This document shows positions 1 to 9,468 of a stretch of 32,000 nucleotides of DNA, piece after piece. This DNA comes from Alkalilimnicola ehrlichii MLHE-1 (GTDB lineage: Bacteria; Pseudomonadota; Gammaproteobacteria; Nitrococcales; Halorhodospiraceae). The notes beneath the pieces are model-generated. The model worked only from the letters and a program-made list of their open reading frames with translations. It did not search any database and was not told where the DNA came from. Position 1 is the first letter of the stretch. Each line of letters begins with the position of its first letter. The stretch is taken from assembly GCF_000014785.1 (NCBI RefSeq), contig NC_008340.1:3030001-3062000 (forward strand). Reading direction: 5' to 3'. Made by a program: the position numbers and the translations under genes.

Positions 1-528
1 CCGGTGCCCGTGGCCATCAACCTCTCTGCCAAGCAGTTCTGGCAGGACGAACTGCCCGGCTTCATCCGGAAGATGCTGCAGCGTTGCGATTTAAACCCGG
101 GGCTGATGGGTTTTGAGCTGACCGAGAGCACGCTAATGCACGATATCGAGCGTGGGCTCGACACCCTGGCGGCATTACGGGGGATGGGCTGCAGCGTGGC
201 CATCGACGACTTTGGTACCGGCTATTCCTCGCTGACCTACCTGCAGCGGTTGCCGGTGACCACCCTGAAGATCGACCGTAGCTTCGTTAGCGACCTGGGC
301 ACGTGCCGGAAGGGAGGCTGTGCCATCGTGGCGGCGGTCACCGGGCTGGCACGCGAACTGGAATTGCAGGTGGTGGCCGAGGGTGTGGAGACCGAGGCCC
401 AGCTCCGCGCCCTGGACCGCTACCAGGTGGCATTGGTTCAAGGGTTCAAGACCGGCCGCCCGGTCCCAGCCGATGCCTTCAGCGAGGCCTACCTGCGAGC
501 GATGACAAGCGGCCGGGACGGGGATTGA
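1..528 (+). CDS. EAL-domain protein (c-di-GMP phosphodiesterase-like), C-terminal part only; 5' end outside window
   Basis: Translation contains FELTESTLM, IDDFGTGYSSLTYLQRLPVTTLKIDRSFV, VVAEGVETEAQ and QGFKTGRPVP, typical of the C-terminal half of EAL domains. Stop at 526-528. Confidence 0.93.
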   Translation, partial: PVPVAINLSAKQFWQDELPGFIRKMLQRCDLNPGLMGFELTESTLMHDIERGLDTLAALRGMGCSVAIDDFGTGYSSLTYLQRLPVTTLKIDRSFVSDLGTCRKGGCAIVAAVTGLARELELQVVAEGVETEAQLRALDRYQVALVQGFKTGRPVPADAFSEAYLRAMTSGRDGD

Positions 529-546
529 TCCGCTGCCCAAACGCAA

Positions 547-573
547 GAAAGCCCCGCACAGGGCGGGGCTTTC
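547..573. terminator. Bidirectional rho-independent-type hairpin between convergent EAL and csp genes
   Basis: Perfect 11-bp inverted repeat gaaagccccgc / gcggggctttc with 5-nt loop (acagg). Confidence 0.75.
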
Positions 574-614
574 TCAGGGCAGACCCGGCGCGCAGCCGGG
601 TCAGTCAGCACGCC

Positions 615-818
615 TTACAGCGCGGAGACGTTGGCCGCGGCCAGGCCCTTCGGGGTGTTTTGGGTCTCGAACTGGACCTGCTGCCCCTCGGCCAGGCTCT
701 TGAAGCCGGAGCCGTTGATGGCGGAGTGGTGGACGAACACGTCCTTGCCGCCGTCGGTGGGGGTGATGAAGCCGAAGCCCTTAGCGTCGTCGAACCACTT
801 AACAGTACCGGTGATCAT
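615..818 (-). CDS. Cold-shock domain protein (CspA family), 67 aa
   Basis: [34 protein letters not shown]...; RNP1 KGFGFI and RNP2 DVFVHH present. The upstream ORF extension in the track is probably 5' UTR. Confidence 0.96.
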   Translation of the reverse strand: MITGTVKWFDDAKGFGFITPTDGGKDVFVHHSAINGSGFKSLAEGQQVQFETQNTPKGLAAANVSAL

Positions 819-1105
819 GGATAGTCTTTCCTCGTTTGATCGTATCTTGCGGTGTTGCAGGTGTTGCTGAAGGACAAACGGGAGTGACGACCACGGTGGG
901 GTACTGCCGAACGCGCTACAGAACATCAACTGCAGGTCCGACTATACCCGCTGCGCCGGGAAACGCAAACATTTTTTTTGCTCCGGAGTACAATAGGCAT
1001 TTACCATAAATGACAATGGGTTTTCAGCTATCCCCGGAACCGGATAGCCCCTGTTGCGGCGCCAACCCCGCTGGGGCCCAACAGGTCAGCAGGAGGCAGT
1101 GCGCC

Positions 1106-2089
1106 ATGTCGCCCAACCCCCCCGGCGCGGAACCGGCCCAGGTTCTGCCCGGACGAAACGATCAGGCAGCGTTCGGTGGCCGCGCGCTGGTCCTCGCGCT
1201 GTGGGCGGAATCCCAGTACGCCCTGCGTGACGGCACCTACAGCTACTGGTCCCGGTTGCCGGCGCCGTTCGAGCGCGATGCCATTTACCGGCTCGCCCAC
1301 AAACTGTGCCACGAGCCCCTGCCACCCGAGCGCCAGCACCAGCTGATCGAGGCCGGCCGAAAGATCCATGCCCACGAAGGCCGATTCGCCGACGCCCCAC
1401 CGGTAGGCGACAATATGGAGCTGGAGTTCTACGGTCGCCTGCTGCGCAGCCTGGAGCGGGTAGTCGACGACCACTACCGGGGCGAGAACTCCTTCACGCC
1501 TCCGCCGAAGGGCCGCCTGATCGTGGGCGCACGGGTACCACTCGGAATGCCCGCCAGCGAGTCGCGCCGGACGCTGCAGGCCTTCACCGACCGGCTGGTG
1601 CAGAGCGCTGAGGTGAGCAAGGTGCCGCTGCGGCTGTTCGACAACGACGGCCTGCCCTGCGACCTGGACGCCCATGCCCTGGGCCGTTACCTGGATCGGG
1701 CGGAGGGCAAGCCCAGCCTGACCATCCTGATGGGCTACAACCGCCACCTGGACCCGCTGGACCCCCAACCCTCTCTCTATCGCGACAGGCTGGTGCAGCT
1801 AACCGCTCAGGCCGATGTGATCTTCAAACCCCTGCGGCCCCACGTGGTGGTCACCACCGATTTCGTGCCTCAATTGCTGCGCCGTGGCAACGTCCCGTTG
1901 TGGAACCGGGACACCCTGCTGAGTGACGACGACGCCGCCGTGCTGGAGCAACTGGGTGTGCAGCTGTTCGAAGAGGAACGCCCGCGGTTGCTCGAATCCC
2001 TGGCCCTACACGGCAAAAAGGGGACATCGGAGGAGGGCAAGAAGGAGACCTCCCAGGCGGATCGCCTGCGCAACCTGCGGATCCTCTAA
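1106..2089 (+). CDS. Conserved hypothetical protein, about 327 aa
   Basis: Open frame with AGGAGG about 9 nt upstream of ATG 1106. Well-formed protein-like sequence; no family recognised by eye. An alternative upstream start at 1010 is possible. Confidence 0.7.
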   Translation: MSPNPPGAEPAQVLPGRNDQAAFGGRALVLALWAESQYALRDGTYSYWSRLPAPFERDAIYRLAHKLCHEPLPPERQHQLIEAGRKIHAHEGRFADAPPVGDNMELEFYGRLLRSLERVVDDHYRGENSFTPPPKGRLIVGARVPLGMPASESRRTLQAFTDRLVQSAEVSKVPLRLFDNDGLPCDLDAHALGRYLDRAEGKPSLTILMGYNRHLDPLDPQPSLYRDRLVQLTAQADVIFKPLRPHVVVTTDFVPQLLRRGNVPLWNRDTLLSDDDAAVLEQLGVQLFEEERPRLLESLALHGKKGTSEEGKKETSQADRLRNLRIL

Positions 2090-2301
2090 AGCCTCCCCGG
2101 GGTCTGAGTGTTCACAACCATCCCCCCTAATCTTCCTCATAATCATCTGATCCTGCACTTGCCTCCTGTTGCGCCTGCGGCTCAACAACGTCGTGATACC
2201 AGAGGGCAATCTGAGCCCCCGCCTCGAACGGGCCATGTGGGCGCGTCGTGTATAATCCCGACGGATCAGAGGCACGACGGCATCAAGGCACGGGATACCC
2301 T

Positions 2302-3309
2302 ATGAAACACCTGATTACCGGCGCGGCCGGCTTCATCGGCTACCACACCGCCCAGGCGCTGCTGGCTCGCGGCGACGAGGTCGTCGGCCTGGACAACCTC
2401 AATGACTATTACGACCCACGGCTCAAACGGGCACGCCTGGCCCGGCTCGAGGGGCAGCCGGGCTTCCGCTTCGTCAAGCTGGATCTGGCCGACCGGGCCG
2501 GAATGGCCGAACTGTTCCGCGCGGAACGCTTCCAACGGGTGATCCACCTGGCCGCCCAGGCGGGCGTGCGCCACTCGCTCACCGACCCCTACAGCTATGT
2601 AGACAGCAACGTGAGCGGCACGCTGAACGTGCTTGAGGGTTGCCGCTACAACGACGTGGAGCACCTCACCTACGCCTCCACCAGTTCGGTCTACGGGGCC
2701 CACGAGGACATGCCCTTCACCGAGCACCGGCATACCGACCACCCGCTGGCCATCTATGCGGCGACGAAGAAGGCCACGGAACACATGGCCCACAGCTACG
2801 CCCACCTTTACGGGCTGCCTTGCACCGGGTTGCGCTTCTTCACCGTCTACGGCCCCTGGGGCCGCCCCGACATGGCGCTGTTCCTGTTCACCCGCAAGAT
2901 CCTCGCCGGTGAGCCCATCGACATCTACAACAACGGCGATCACGGCCGGGATTTCACCTATGTGGATGACATTGTCGACGGCGTCATCCGCGCCTCTGAC
3001 CGGGTGGCCCGCCGCAATCCGGAGTGGGACCCGAAGCGGCCGGACACGGCCACATCCAATGCCCCCTGGCGGATCTACAACATCGGCGCCAACCGTCCGG
3101 TCCGCCTGATGCACTACGTCGAGGTGCTGGAGGAGGCCCTGGGACGCAAGGCGGAGAAAAACTTCCTGCCGCTGCAACCGGGTGATGTGCCAGAGACCCA
3201 CGCCGATGTCTCGGCGCTGGCCCAGGATACCGGGTATTCACCCAAGGTGTCGGTGGAGGAGGGCATCCGCCGCTTCGTCGACTGGTACCGGGAATACCAC
3301 CACGTCTAG
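2302..3309 (+). CDS. NAD-dependent epimerase/dehydratase, UDP-glucuronate 4-epimerase-like
   Basis: [21 protein letters not shown] (GxxGxxG Rossmann), [54 protein letters not shown], typical of the GalE/CapI family. Confidence 0.93.
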   Translation: MKHLITGAAGFIGYHTAQALLARGDEVVGLDNLNDYYDPRLKRARLARLEGQPGFRFVKLDLADRAGMAELFRAERFQRVIHLAAQAGVRHSLTDPYSYVDSNVSGTLNVLEGCRYNDVEHLTYASTSSVYGAHEDMPFTEHRHTDHPLAIYAATKKATEHMAHSYAHLYGLPCTGLRFFTVYGPWGRPDMALFLFTRKILAGEPIDIYNNGDHGRDFTYVDDIVDGVIRASDRVARRNPEWDPKRPDTATSNAPWRIYNIGANRPVRLMHYVEVLEEALGRKAEKNFLPLQPGDVPETHADVSALAQDTGYSPKVSVEEGIRRFVDWYREYHHV

Positions 3310-3439
3310 CGCTCGCCTCCTGTCAGGGCTGCCTCCTTGGTCATCACGCACGAGGGCCGAAGGCTTTCCCCCGTCATCGCGAGGGCCGAAGGCCCGTGGC
3401 GATCCAGAGCGGTAGACTGCCACGTCGGCTTCGCCTCCT

Positions 3440-3545
3440 CGCAGTGACGGTGGGGGTGGGGCCGCGTTCGCAGTGACGGTGGGGGTGGGGCCGCGTTCGC
3501 AGTGACGGTGGGCGTGGGGCCGCGCTCGCAGTGACGGTGGGGGCG
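3440..3545. repeat. 29-bp direct tandem repeat, about 3.7 copies
   Basis: Unit cgcagtgacggtgggggtggggccgcgtt begins at 3440, 3469, 3498 and 3527 (last partial), near-identical with no spacers. Confidence 0.88.
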
Positions 3546-3592
3546 ACCTTCCGCTTCCGGCAAAGTCCAGTTCTTCAAGAGGAGCAAAGCGA

Positions 3593-3641
3593 CGAAGCAA
3601 TCCATACGCCTGATGCCGCCGACGGGGTATGGATTGCTTCG
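3593..3641. repeat. Perfect 15-bp inverted repeat (hairpin-forming)
   Basis: cgaagcaatccatac (3593-3607) and gtatggattgcttcg (3627-3641), 19-nt loop. Confidence 0.85.
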
Positions 3642-3707
3642 CTGCGCTCGCAATGACAGAGTTGGTGCGCCCGCACTTCCCGATTTCAACCACGCAGGAG
3701 TCACGCG

Positions 3708-5105
3708 TTGTCGGCAAGCCCTGCAGAGCGCCCGAACACTGAGTTGACCGGCCTGCGCGTCTATCTGCACCCTCGGGTCATTGGCATGGCCTTCCTCGGC
3801 TTTTCAGCCGGTCTGCCGCTGCTGCTGGTCGGGGGCACCTTCACCGCCTGGCTGCAGGACCTGGGGGTGCAGTTGGCGGCCATCGGGTTCCTGAGCTGGG
3901 TGGGCATGGCCCACAGCATCAAGGTGCTTTGGGCCCCCTTTGTCGATCGCCTGCAACTGCCCCTGCTGACCCGCTGGTTCGGTCGGCGGCGGGCCTGGAT
4001 GCTGCTTGCGCAGGCGGTGATCGCCGCCTCCCTGGCCGGCATGGCGCTCACCGACCCGGTGGCCCATCTAGGCTGGGTGGCGGTCTTCGCCGTGGGCGCC
4101 GCCTTCGGCTCGGCCACCCAGGATGTGGCCATCGACGCCTACCGGGTGGAGGCGGTGGCCCGCCACCGGCAGGGCGCCATGGCCGCCACCTACGTGTTCG
4201 GTTACCGGGTCGCGTTGCTCACCGCCGGCGCCGGGGCCCTCCACCTGGCAGCGTGGGGCGACTGGGCGGTGGCCTATGGCGCCATGGCGCTGCTGATGGG
4301 CGTGGGGCTCTGCACCACCCTGATCATCCGCGAGCCGGAGGTGGCCATCAGCCAGGATACCCGGCAGATGGAGCAGCGGGTCACCGAATACCTAGAGCGC
4401 ACCGCGCATACCGGCCTGCGCCGCAACGTCACGGCCTGGTTGATCGGCGCGGTGCTTTGCCCCTTTGCGGACTTTTTCAAACGCTTCGGCCTGGGTACGG
4501 CGGTGATCATCCTGCTGTTCATCGCCACGTTTCGCATCAGCGATATCTTCATGGGGGTGATGGCTAACCCCTTCTACCTGGACCTGGGCTTCACCAAGGA
4601 GCAGATCGCAAACGTGGCCGCGGCCTTCGGACTGGCCATGACGCTGTTCGGGGCGGCGCTGGGCGGCGTACTGGTCAACCGCTACGGCATTGCGCCAATG
4701 CTGATCTTTACCGCGATCATGGCGCCGTTGACCAACCTCACCTTCTCCTGGCTGGCCACCCTGGGCCCGGAGCTGTACGGCCTGGTGGCGGCCATCGTGG
4801 CGGACAACGTCACCGGCGGCCTGGCCATCTCCGTGTTCATCGCCTATCTCTCCAGTCTCACCAACACCGCCTACACCGCCACCCAGTACGCCCTGTTCAG
4901 TTCGCTGATGACCCTTCCCGGGCAGTTCATGGGCGGGTTCACCGGACTGGTGGCGGAGCAGGTGGGCTGGATCAGCTTCTTCGTGATCTCCGCGGGCATG
5001 GGCCTGCCCGCGATCCTCCTGGCCGCACTACTGCTCCGCCTGGCCCATCCCGACCGCATCCGGCAGCCGGGCAAGAACGGCGTAGAGCGGCCGGACCCGG
5101 CCTGA
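3708..5105 (+). CDS. AmpG-like MFS permease (muropeptide transporter family)
   Basis: Multiple hydrophobic segments; GLPLLLVGGTFTAWLQDLGVQLAAIGFLSWVGMAHSIKVLWAPFVDRL and ATQDVAIDAYRVE are characteristic of AmpG family. TTG start. Confidence 0.87.
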   Translation: MSASPAERPNTELTGLRVYLHPRVIGMAFLGFSAGLPLLLVGGTFTAWLQDLGVQLAAIGFLSWVGMAHSIKVLWAPFVDRLQLPLLTRWFGRRRAWMLLAQAVIAASLAGMALTDPVAHLGWVAVFAVGAAFGSATQDVAIDAYRVEAVARHRQGAMAATYVFGYRVALLTAGAGALHLAAWGDWAVAYGAMALLMGVGLCTTLIIREPEVAISQDTRQMEQRVTEYLERTAHTGLRRNVTAWLIGAVLCPFADFFKRFGLGTAVIILLFIATFRISDIFMGVMANPFYLDLGFTKEQIANVAAAFGLAMTLFGAALGGVLVNRYGIAPMLIFTAIMAPLTNLTFSWLATLGPELYGLVAAIVADNVTGGLAISVFIAYLSSLTNTAYTATQYALFSSLMTLPGQFMGGFTGLVAEQVGWISFFVISAGMGLPAILLAALLLRLAHPDRIRQPGKNGVERPDPA

Positions 5106-5227
5106 ACGCACGCCGCAACAGGGCGCATCAATGACCGCGATAGGGAACCTGTACCCCAGGTGCGGGCCGCAAGGCGCTAGAATAATATTTATTGAATATA
5201 TTGACTGTGAAAGACCAGGAGGCCTGC

Positions 5228-5966
5228 ATGAGAGACTTCGGGATCTCGAAGGGCGCGCCGGAGGTAGTGGCGTTTTTCGATCCGCGCACCTTCAGCGTGC
5301 AATACATCGCGGTCGACCCCGGCAGCCGGCTACCTGAGGGCGCAGTTGGGGGCGCCCACCGCCATCGGCGACCACGTCACCGAGGTCCAGGCCTTGTGGC
5401 GCGACTATTACAACCTGAAGGATCTGGCCACCGACGGCTCCCAGTGGGACCGGCTGTTCGCAGACGGTGAGACCTTCCCGGTGGGCGAGCTGCAGGCCCG
5501 GGTGATGTTCTCGCCCGGCCACACCCTCGCCTCGGTGACCTATGTGATCGGCGACGCGGCCTTCGTACACGACACACTCTTCCAACCGGACTTCGGCACC
5601 GCCCGTGCCGATTTCCCCGGCGGCGACTCCGGCCAACTCTGGCAGAGCATCCAGGCCATCCTCGCCCTACCCGATGACACCCGGCTGTTCACCGGACACG
5701 ACTACATGCCGGGGGGCCGCGAGCCGGCCTGGGAGAGCACCGTGGCGGAGCAGAAGCGCAGCAACATCCACTTGGTCCGGGCACCGGACAAGGCCCGCTT
5801 CTCCCGCCTTCGGGATGAGCGCGACGCCACCCTGCCCATGCCCAAACTGATCCTGCACGCCTTGCAGGTAAACATACGCGGCGGGCGACTGCCCGAACCC
5901 GAGGACAACGGTCGCCGCTACCTGCGCATCCCGCTGGACGTGCTGCAGGGGGCCCGCTGGGAGTGA
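5228..5966 (+). pseudogene. MBL-fold metallo-hydrolase (persulfide dioxygenase/Blh-like) with internal frame-changing deletion
   Basis: First frame gives MRDFGISKGAPEVVAFFDPRTFSVQYIAVDPGSR. The rest of the protein (AAGYLRAQLGAPTAIGDHVTEVQALW...FVHDTLFQPDFGTARADFPGG...RLFTGHDYMPGG) continues in another frame. The HxHxDH region expected between them is absent. Confidence 0.85.
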
Positions 5967-5975
5967 ACCCTGCCC

Positions 5976-7223
5976 TCAGGCGGGGCCCGGGTGGCGCAGG
6001 GGGGCGGCCTGGTCCAGCCGCGGATGGTGTTCGCGAAAGCGCCGACGCAGCGCCTCCGGGTCCGTGCCGGCGGCGTCCAGCGCCAGGGCCGCCTCCACCA
6101 CACCGTGCAGGGCCGCGAGCACATCCGAGGTGTGGCCGGTCTCGGAGATGGTGTGCATGTTGCGGATGGGGATGCCCACTGAGGCAGCGGCGCAGTCAAC
6201 ATTGGCCAGCACCCCGGCCATGCCGTCCGTGCCGGTATCCGGACCCACCACGTCACGCTGGCTGGGGATCCCACGGCTCCGAGCCCCCTCCTCGATCACT
6301 TGGTTCAACTGCTCACTGACGATGGAGCCCACCGACAGGCTAAAGCCCTTGCCCATCTCCAAGGGCGGCAGCCGCCGGTCACTCACCTGCGGGGCGGCCC
6401 GATAATCATGCTCCACGTCCACCGCGATCAGGGCATCCGGCCGGTAGTGGGCCGCCAGCACCCGGCTGCCGAAGCAGCCGATCTCCTCATACCCGGCAAT
6501 GGCGAACAACACACGGATGCTCGCCGGGGCGCCGGCCTCCACCAGCAGCCGGGCGGCCTCGGCCGTGACGAAGCTGCCCAGGCCGTTGTCCAGGTAGGCG
6601 CCGTAAAAGGTATTCGGGCTGAAGCCGCGCCGGATGGGCCGGTTGAGCAGCAGGGTATCGCCGGGCCGGACCCCCAGGTGCTCCACCTGGGCCTTGCGGT
6701 CATCGCCGTGCACCTGCAGCTCCAGGTAGAGCTGTTCTTTCTTCACCCCCTTTTCGCCACTGCGCAGCTCCGGCTCGGCGAAGTGGATGGCGCCGAGGGC
6801 CTCCACCGTGCCCCCGTCGATCACCCGGTAGTGGCCCGGACGGCCGGGGTTCTCGGTGAACAGGCGCACCTCGTGGCCGATCAGGGTGGCGGGCAGAAAG
6901 CCGTCGCTGTTGATCCAGACCTTGCCGTCGTCGCCGATACTCCGGACCTGCAGGCGGATCTTGTCGGCGTGACCGACAATCATGAGCCGGAAGCGCTCGT
7001 CGTCACCGGGATGGGTGTCCAGCACGATACCGGCGTGTCCCTGGAACCGCTGCAGTTGCCAGCTCTCTGGGGCAAAGGAGCGGAAATGGGGGCAGAGCAC
7101 GCCCTCCGTCATGGCCGCCTCCAGTCCCACGGGGCTGGGCGCTGCAAGGATCCGGCGCATGAGCTGAAACTGCGCCTCGGGCATGGGCCGGACCCAGGGT
7201 GGCGGAATGGCGTGGTTGGGCAT
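5976..7223 (-). CDS. M42-family metallopeptidase / aminopeptidase-like hydrolase
   Basis: MIVGHADKIRLQV, YLDNGLGSFVTAEAARLL, FAIAGYEEIGCFGSR, DVEHDY, GPDTGTDG, RNMHTISETGHTSDV, consistent with M42 peptidase metal-binding motifs. Confidence 0.85.
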   Translation of the reverse strand: MPNHAIPPPWVRPMPEAQFQLMRRILAAPSPVGLEAAMTEGVLCPHFRSFAPESWQLQRFQGHAGIVLDTHPGDDERFRLMIVGHADKIRLQVRSIGDDGKVWINSDGFLPATLIGHEVRLFTENPGRPGHYRVIDGGTVEALGAIHFAEPELRSGEKGVKKEQLYLELQVHGDDRKAQVEHLGVRPGDTLLLNRPIRRGFSPNTFYGAYLDNGLGSFVTAEAARLLVEAGAPASIRVLFAIAGYEEIGCFGSRVLAAHYRPDALIAVDVEHDYRAAPQVSDRRLPPLEMGKGFSLSVGSIVSEQLNQVIEEGARSRGIPSQRDVVGPDTGTDGMAGVLANVDCAAASVGIPIRNMHTISETGHTSDVLAALHGVVEAALALDAAGTDPEALRRRFREHHPRLDQAAPLRHPGPA

Positions 7224-7764
7224 GGCTGAGGCTTCCTCCGGTCGCTCTGACCTTCTACTATAGTTACTATAATGTTGGCCACGCGCTCCGGCCCGACTGC
7301 GTTCGCCTCTTATACACAGGCCGGGTGAGATTGTTGCGCTGCAAAAGGTGACGGTGGTAATATCATCGCCCGACGGACTTCGGACCTGCCCTGCCGCTGG
7401 CGACCCCGGCCCTGGCAGGCCCGAATTGGCCAGGCATCGGTAAAACGATGAAGGACGGCCACGGGGTATGCGCCGGCTGTAAAGCGGCTTTGGCGCACCT
7501 TGAGCGGTGTGTCCTGCCCAACAGGCCCGCCTCTGAGCAGTGCTGCACAACCTCGCGGCGATATCAGGCTCTTCCCCGTCATGGCACTTCACCGGCCTAA
7601 AGAGCGCCGGAGAGGCCAACCGCACGTCGCACACCGAACCGAGTGCTGCGACCGCCGGGCCGACGGGACCTTTTACACGGCGCGCTGCCGCCCGTCAGCG
7701 GGACCGGCCCTGCGCACCTCAGCGAACGACAGTCACCACCACTGCCAACTGAAAGGTTCAGAGC

Positions 7765-9360
7765 ATGTCACAGTACAGGAACGACATCGAGGAAGTTGCC
7801 GGCCTGCGCCAGGCGCATGAAGGCACCTGGGACGCGATCAACCCCGAATACGTGGCCCGCATGCGCGCCCAGAACCGGTTCAAGACCGGTCTGGACATCG
7901 CCAAGTACACCGCCAAGATCATGCGCCAGGACATGGCCGAGTACGATGCCGATCCGGCCCAGTACACCCAGTCCTTGGGGTGCTGGCACGGCTTCGTCGG
8001 CCAGCAGAAGATGATCGCCATCAAGCGTCACTTCGGCACCACCAACAAGCGCTACCTCTACCTCTCCGGCTGGATGGTTGCGGCGCTGCGCTCCGAGTTC
8101 GGCCCGCTGCCGGACCAGTCCATGCACGAGAAGACCGCCGTGCCGGCGCTGATCGAGGAACTCTACACCTTCCTCCGCCAGGCCGACGCCCGTGAGATGA
8201 ACCACCTCTTCCGTGAGCTGGATGCGGCCCGCGAGGCCGGCGATGAGGCCAAGGCCAACGAGATTCTCGACAAGATCGAGAACTTCGAGACCCACATCGT
8301 GCCGATCATCGCCGACATCGACGCCGGCTTCGGTAACGAAGAGGCCACCTACCTGCTGGCCAAGAAGATGATCGAGGCGGGTGCCTGCTGCATCCAGATC
8401 GAGAACCAGGTCGCCGACGAGAAGCAGTGCGGCCACCAGGACGGCAAGGTCACCGTGCCCCACGCCGACTTCCTGGCCAAGGTCCGCGCCGTGCGCTATG
8501 CGTTCCTGGAGCTGGGCGTGAACGACGGCGTGATCGTTGCCCGCACCGACTCCCTCGGCGCCGGCCTGACCAAGCAGATCGCCGTCACCGATGAGCCGGG
8601 CGACCTGGGCGACAAGTACAACAGCTTCCTGGACGGCGATTACATCGACAGCGCCGAGGACATCAACAATGGCGATGTGGTGGTCAAGTCCGAAGGCAAG
8701 CTGCTCAAGCCCAAGCGCCTCGCCAGCGGCCTCTACGAGTTCCGCAAGGGCACCGGCTTTGACCGCGTGGTGCTGGACTGCATCACCAGCCTGAAGAACG
8801 GCGCCGACCTGCTGTGGATCGAGACCGAGAAGCCCCACGTCGGCCAGATCGCCGAGATGGTCAACGCCATCCGCGAGGAAGTGCCGAACGCCAAGCTGGT
8901 CTACAACAACAGCCCGTCCTTCAACTGGACGCTGAACTTCCGCCAGCAGGTGTTCGATGCCTGGAAGGAAGAGGGCAAGGACGTCTCCCAGTACGACCGC
9001 GACAACCTGATGAGCGCCGAGTACGACGACAGCGAGCTGGCGGCGGAAGCCGACCGCTGGGTGCAGGAGTTCCAGCGCAAGGCCTCCGCAGAGGCGGGTA
9101 TCTTCCACCACCTGATCACCCTGCCGACCTACCACACGGCCGCCCTGTCCACCGACAACCTGGCCAAGGGCTACTTCGGTGACCTGGGCATGCTGGCCTA
9201 CGTGGATGGCGTGCAGCGTCAGGAGATCCGCCAGGGCGTGCCCACCGTGAAGCACCAGGACATGGCCGGCTCCAACATCGGGGACGACCACAAGGCCTAC
9301 TTCTCCGGTGAGGCCGCGCTCAAGGCCGGCGGGAAGGGCAACACCATGAACCAGTTCTAA
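7765..9360 (+). CDS. aceA: Isocitrate lyase, long form (531 aa)
   Basis: GCWHGFVGQQKMIAIKRHF, IADIDAGFGNEEATYLLAKKMIEAGACCIQIENQVADEKQCGHQDGKV, IVARTDSLGA, YNNSPSFNWT. KxCGH active-site motif present. Confidence 0.97.
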   Translation: MSQYRNDIEEVAGLRQAHEGTWDAINPEYVARMRAQNRFKTGLDIAKYTAKIMRQDMAEYDADPAQYTQSLGCWHGFVGQQKMIAIKRHFGTTNKRYLYLSGWMVAALRSEFGPLPDQSMHEKTAVPALIEELYTFLRQADAREMNHLFRELDAAREAGDEAKANEILDKIENFETHIVPIIADIDAGFGNEEATYLLAKKMIEAGACCIQIENQVADEKQCGHQDGKVTVPHADFLAKVRAVRYAFLELGVNDGVIVARTDSLGAGLTKQIAVTDEPGDLGDKYNSFLDGDYIDSAEDINNGDVVVKSEGKLLKPKRLASGLYEFRKGTGFDRVVLDCITSLKNGADLLWIETEKPHVGQIAEMVNAIREEVPNAKLVYNNSPSFNWTLNFRQQVFDAWKEEGKDVSQYDRDNLMSAEYDDSELAAEADRWVQEFQRKASAEAGIFHHLITLPTYHTAALSTDNLAKGYFGDLGMLAYVDGVQRQEIRQGVPTVKHQDMAGSNIGDDHKAYFSGEAALKAGGKGNTMNQF

Positions 9361-9408
9361 GACTGCGCTTCATGGCCGGTGGTGGCCGATGCCGCCACCG
9401 AGCAGAGC

Positions 9409-9441
9409 AGCGGGGCCGCCCAGCGCGGTCCCGCTTTTTTT
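9409..9441 (+). terminator. Rho-independent terminator downstream of aceA
   Basis: agcggggccgc / gcggtcccgct stem (one mismatch) followed by TTTTTTT. Confidence 0.9.
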
Positions 9442-9468
9442 GTGCCTCACGGGTCCCGGCCGCACCAC

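Larger units (their letters stand above)
3373..3657. repeat. Intergenic repeat element bounded by inverted GTCAT(C/T)GCGAG termini
   Basis: gtcatcgcgag at 3373-3383 and ctcgcaatgac at 3647-3657 (one mismatch as inverted repeats). Encloses a tandem repeat and a 15-bp hairpin, with no convincing coding content. Confidence 0.6.

Noticed and set aside
3440-3545. Possible CRISPR array from short regularly spaced repeats
   Set aside because: The 29-bp units are directly adjacent with no unique spacers, and no cas-like genes are nearby.
5228-5470. Treating the short first-frame ORF of the MBL gene (track 5192-5470) as an intact small protein
   Set aside because: After about 35 family-like residues it reads out of frame into low-complexity Arg/Pro/Gly-rich sequence, while the adjacent frame carries the real family sequence.
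7768-9291. 507-aa minus-strand ORF
   Set aside because: Antisense shadow of isocitrate lyase, with no recognisable motifs.
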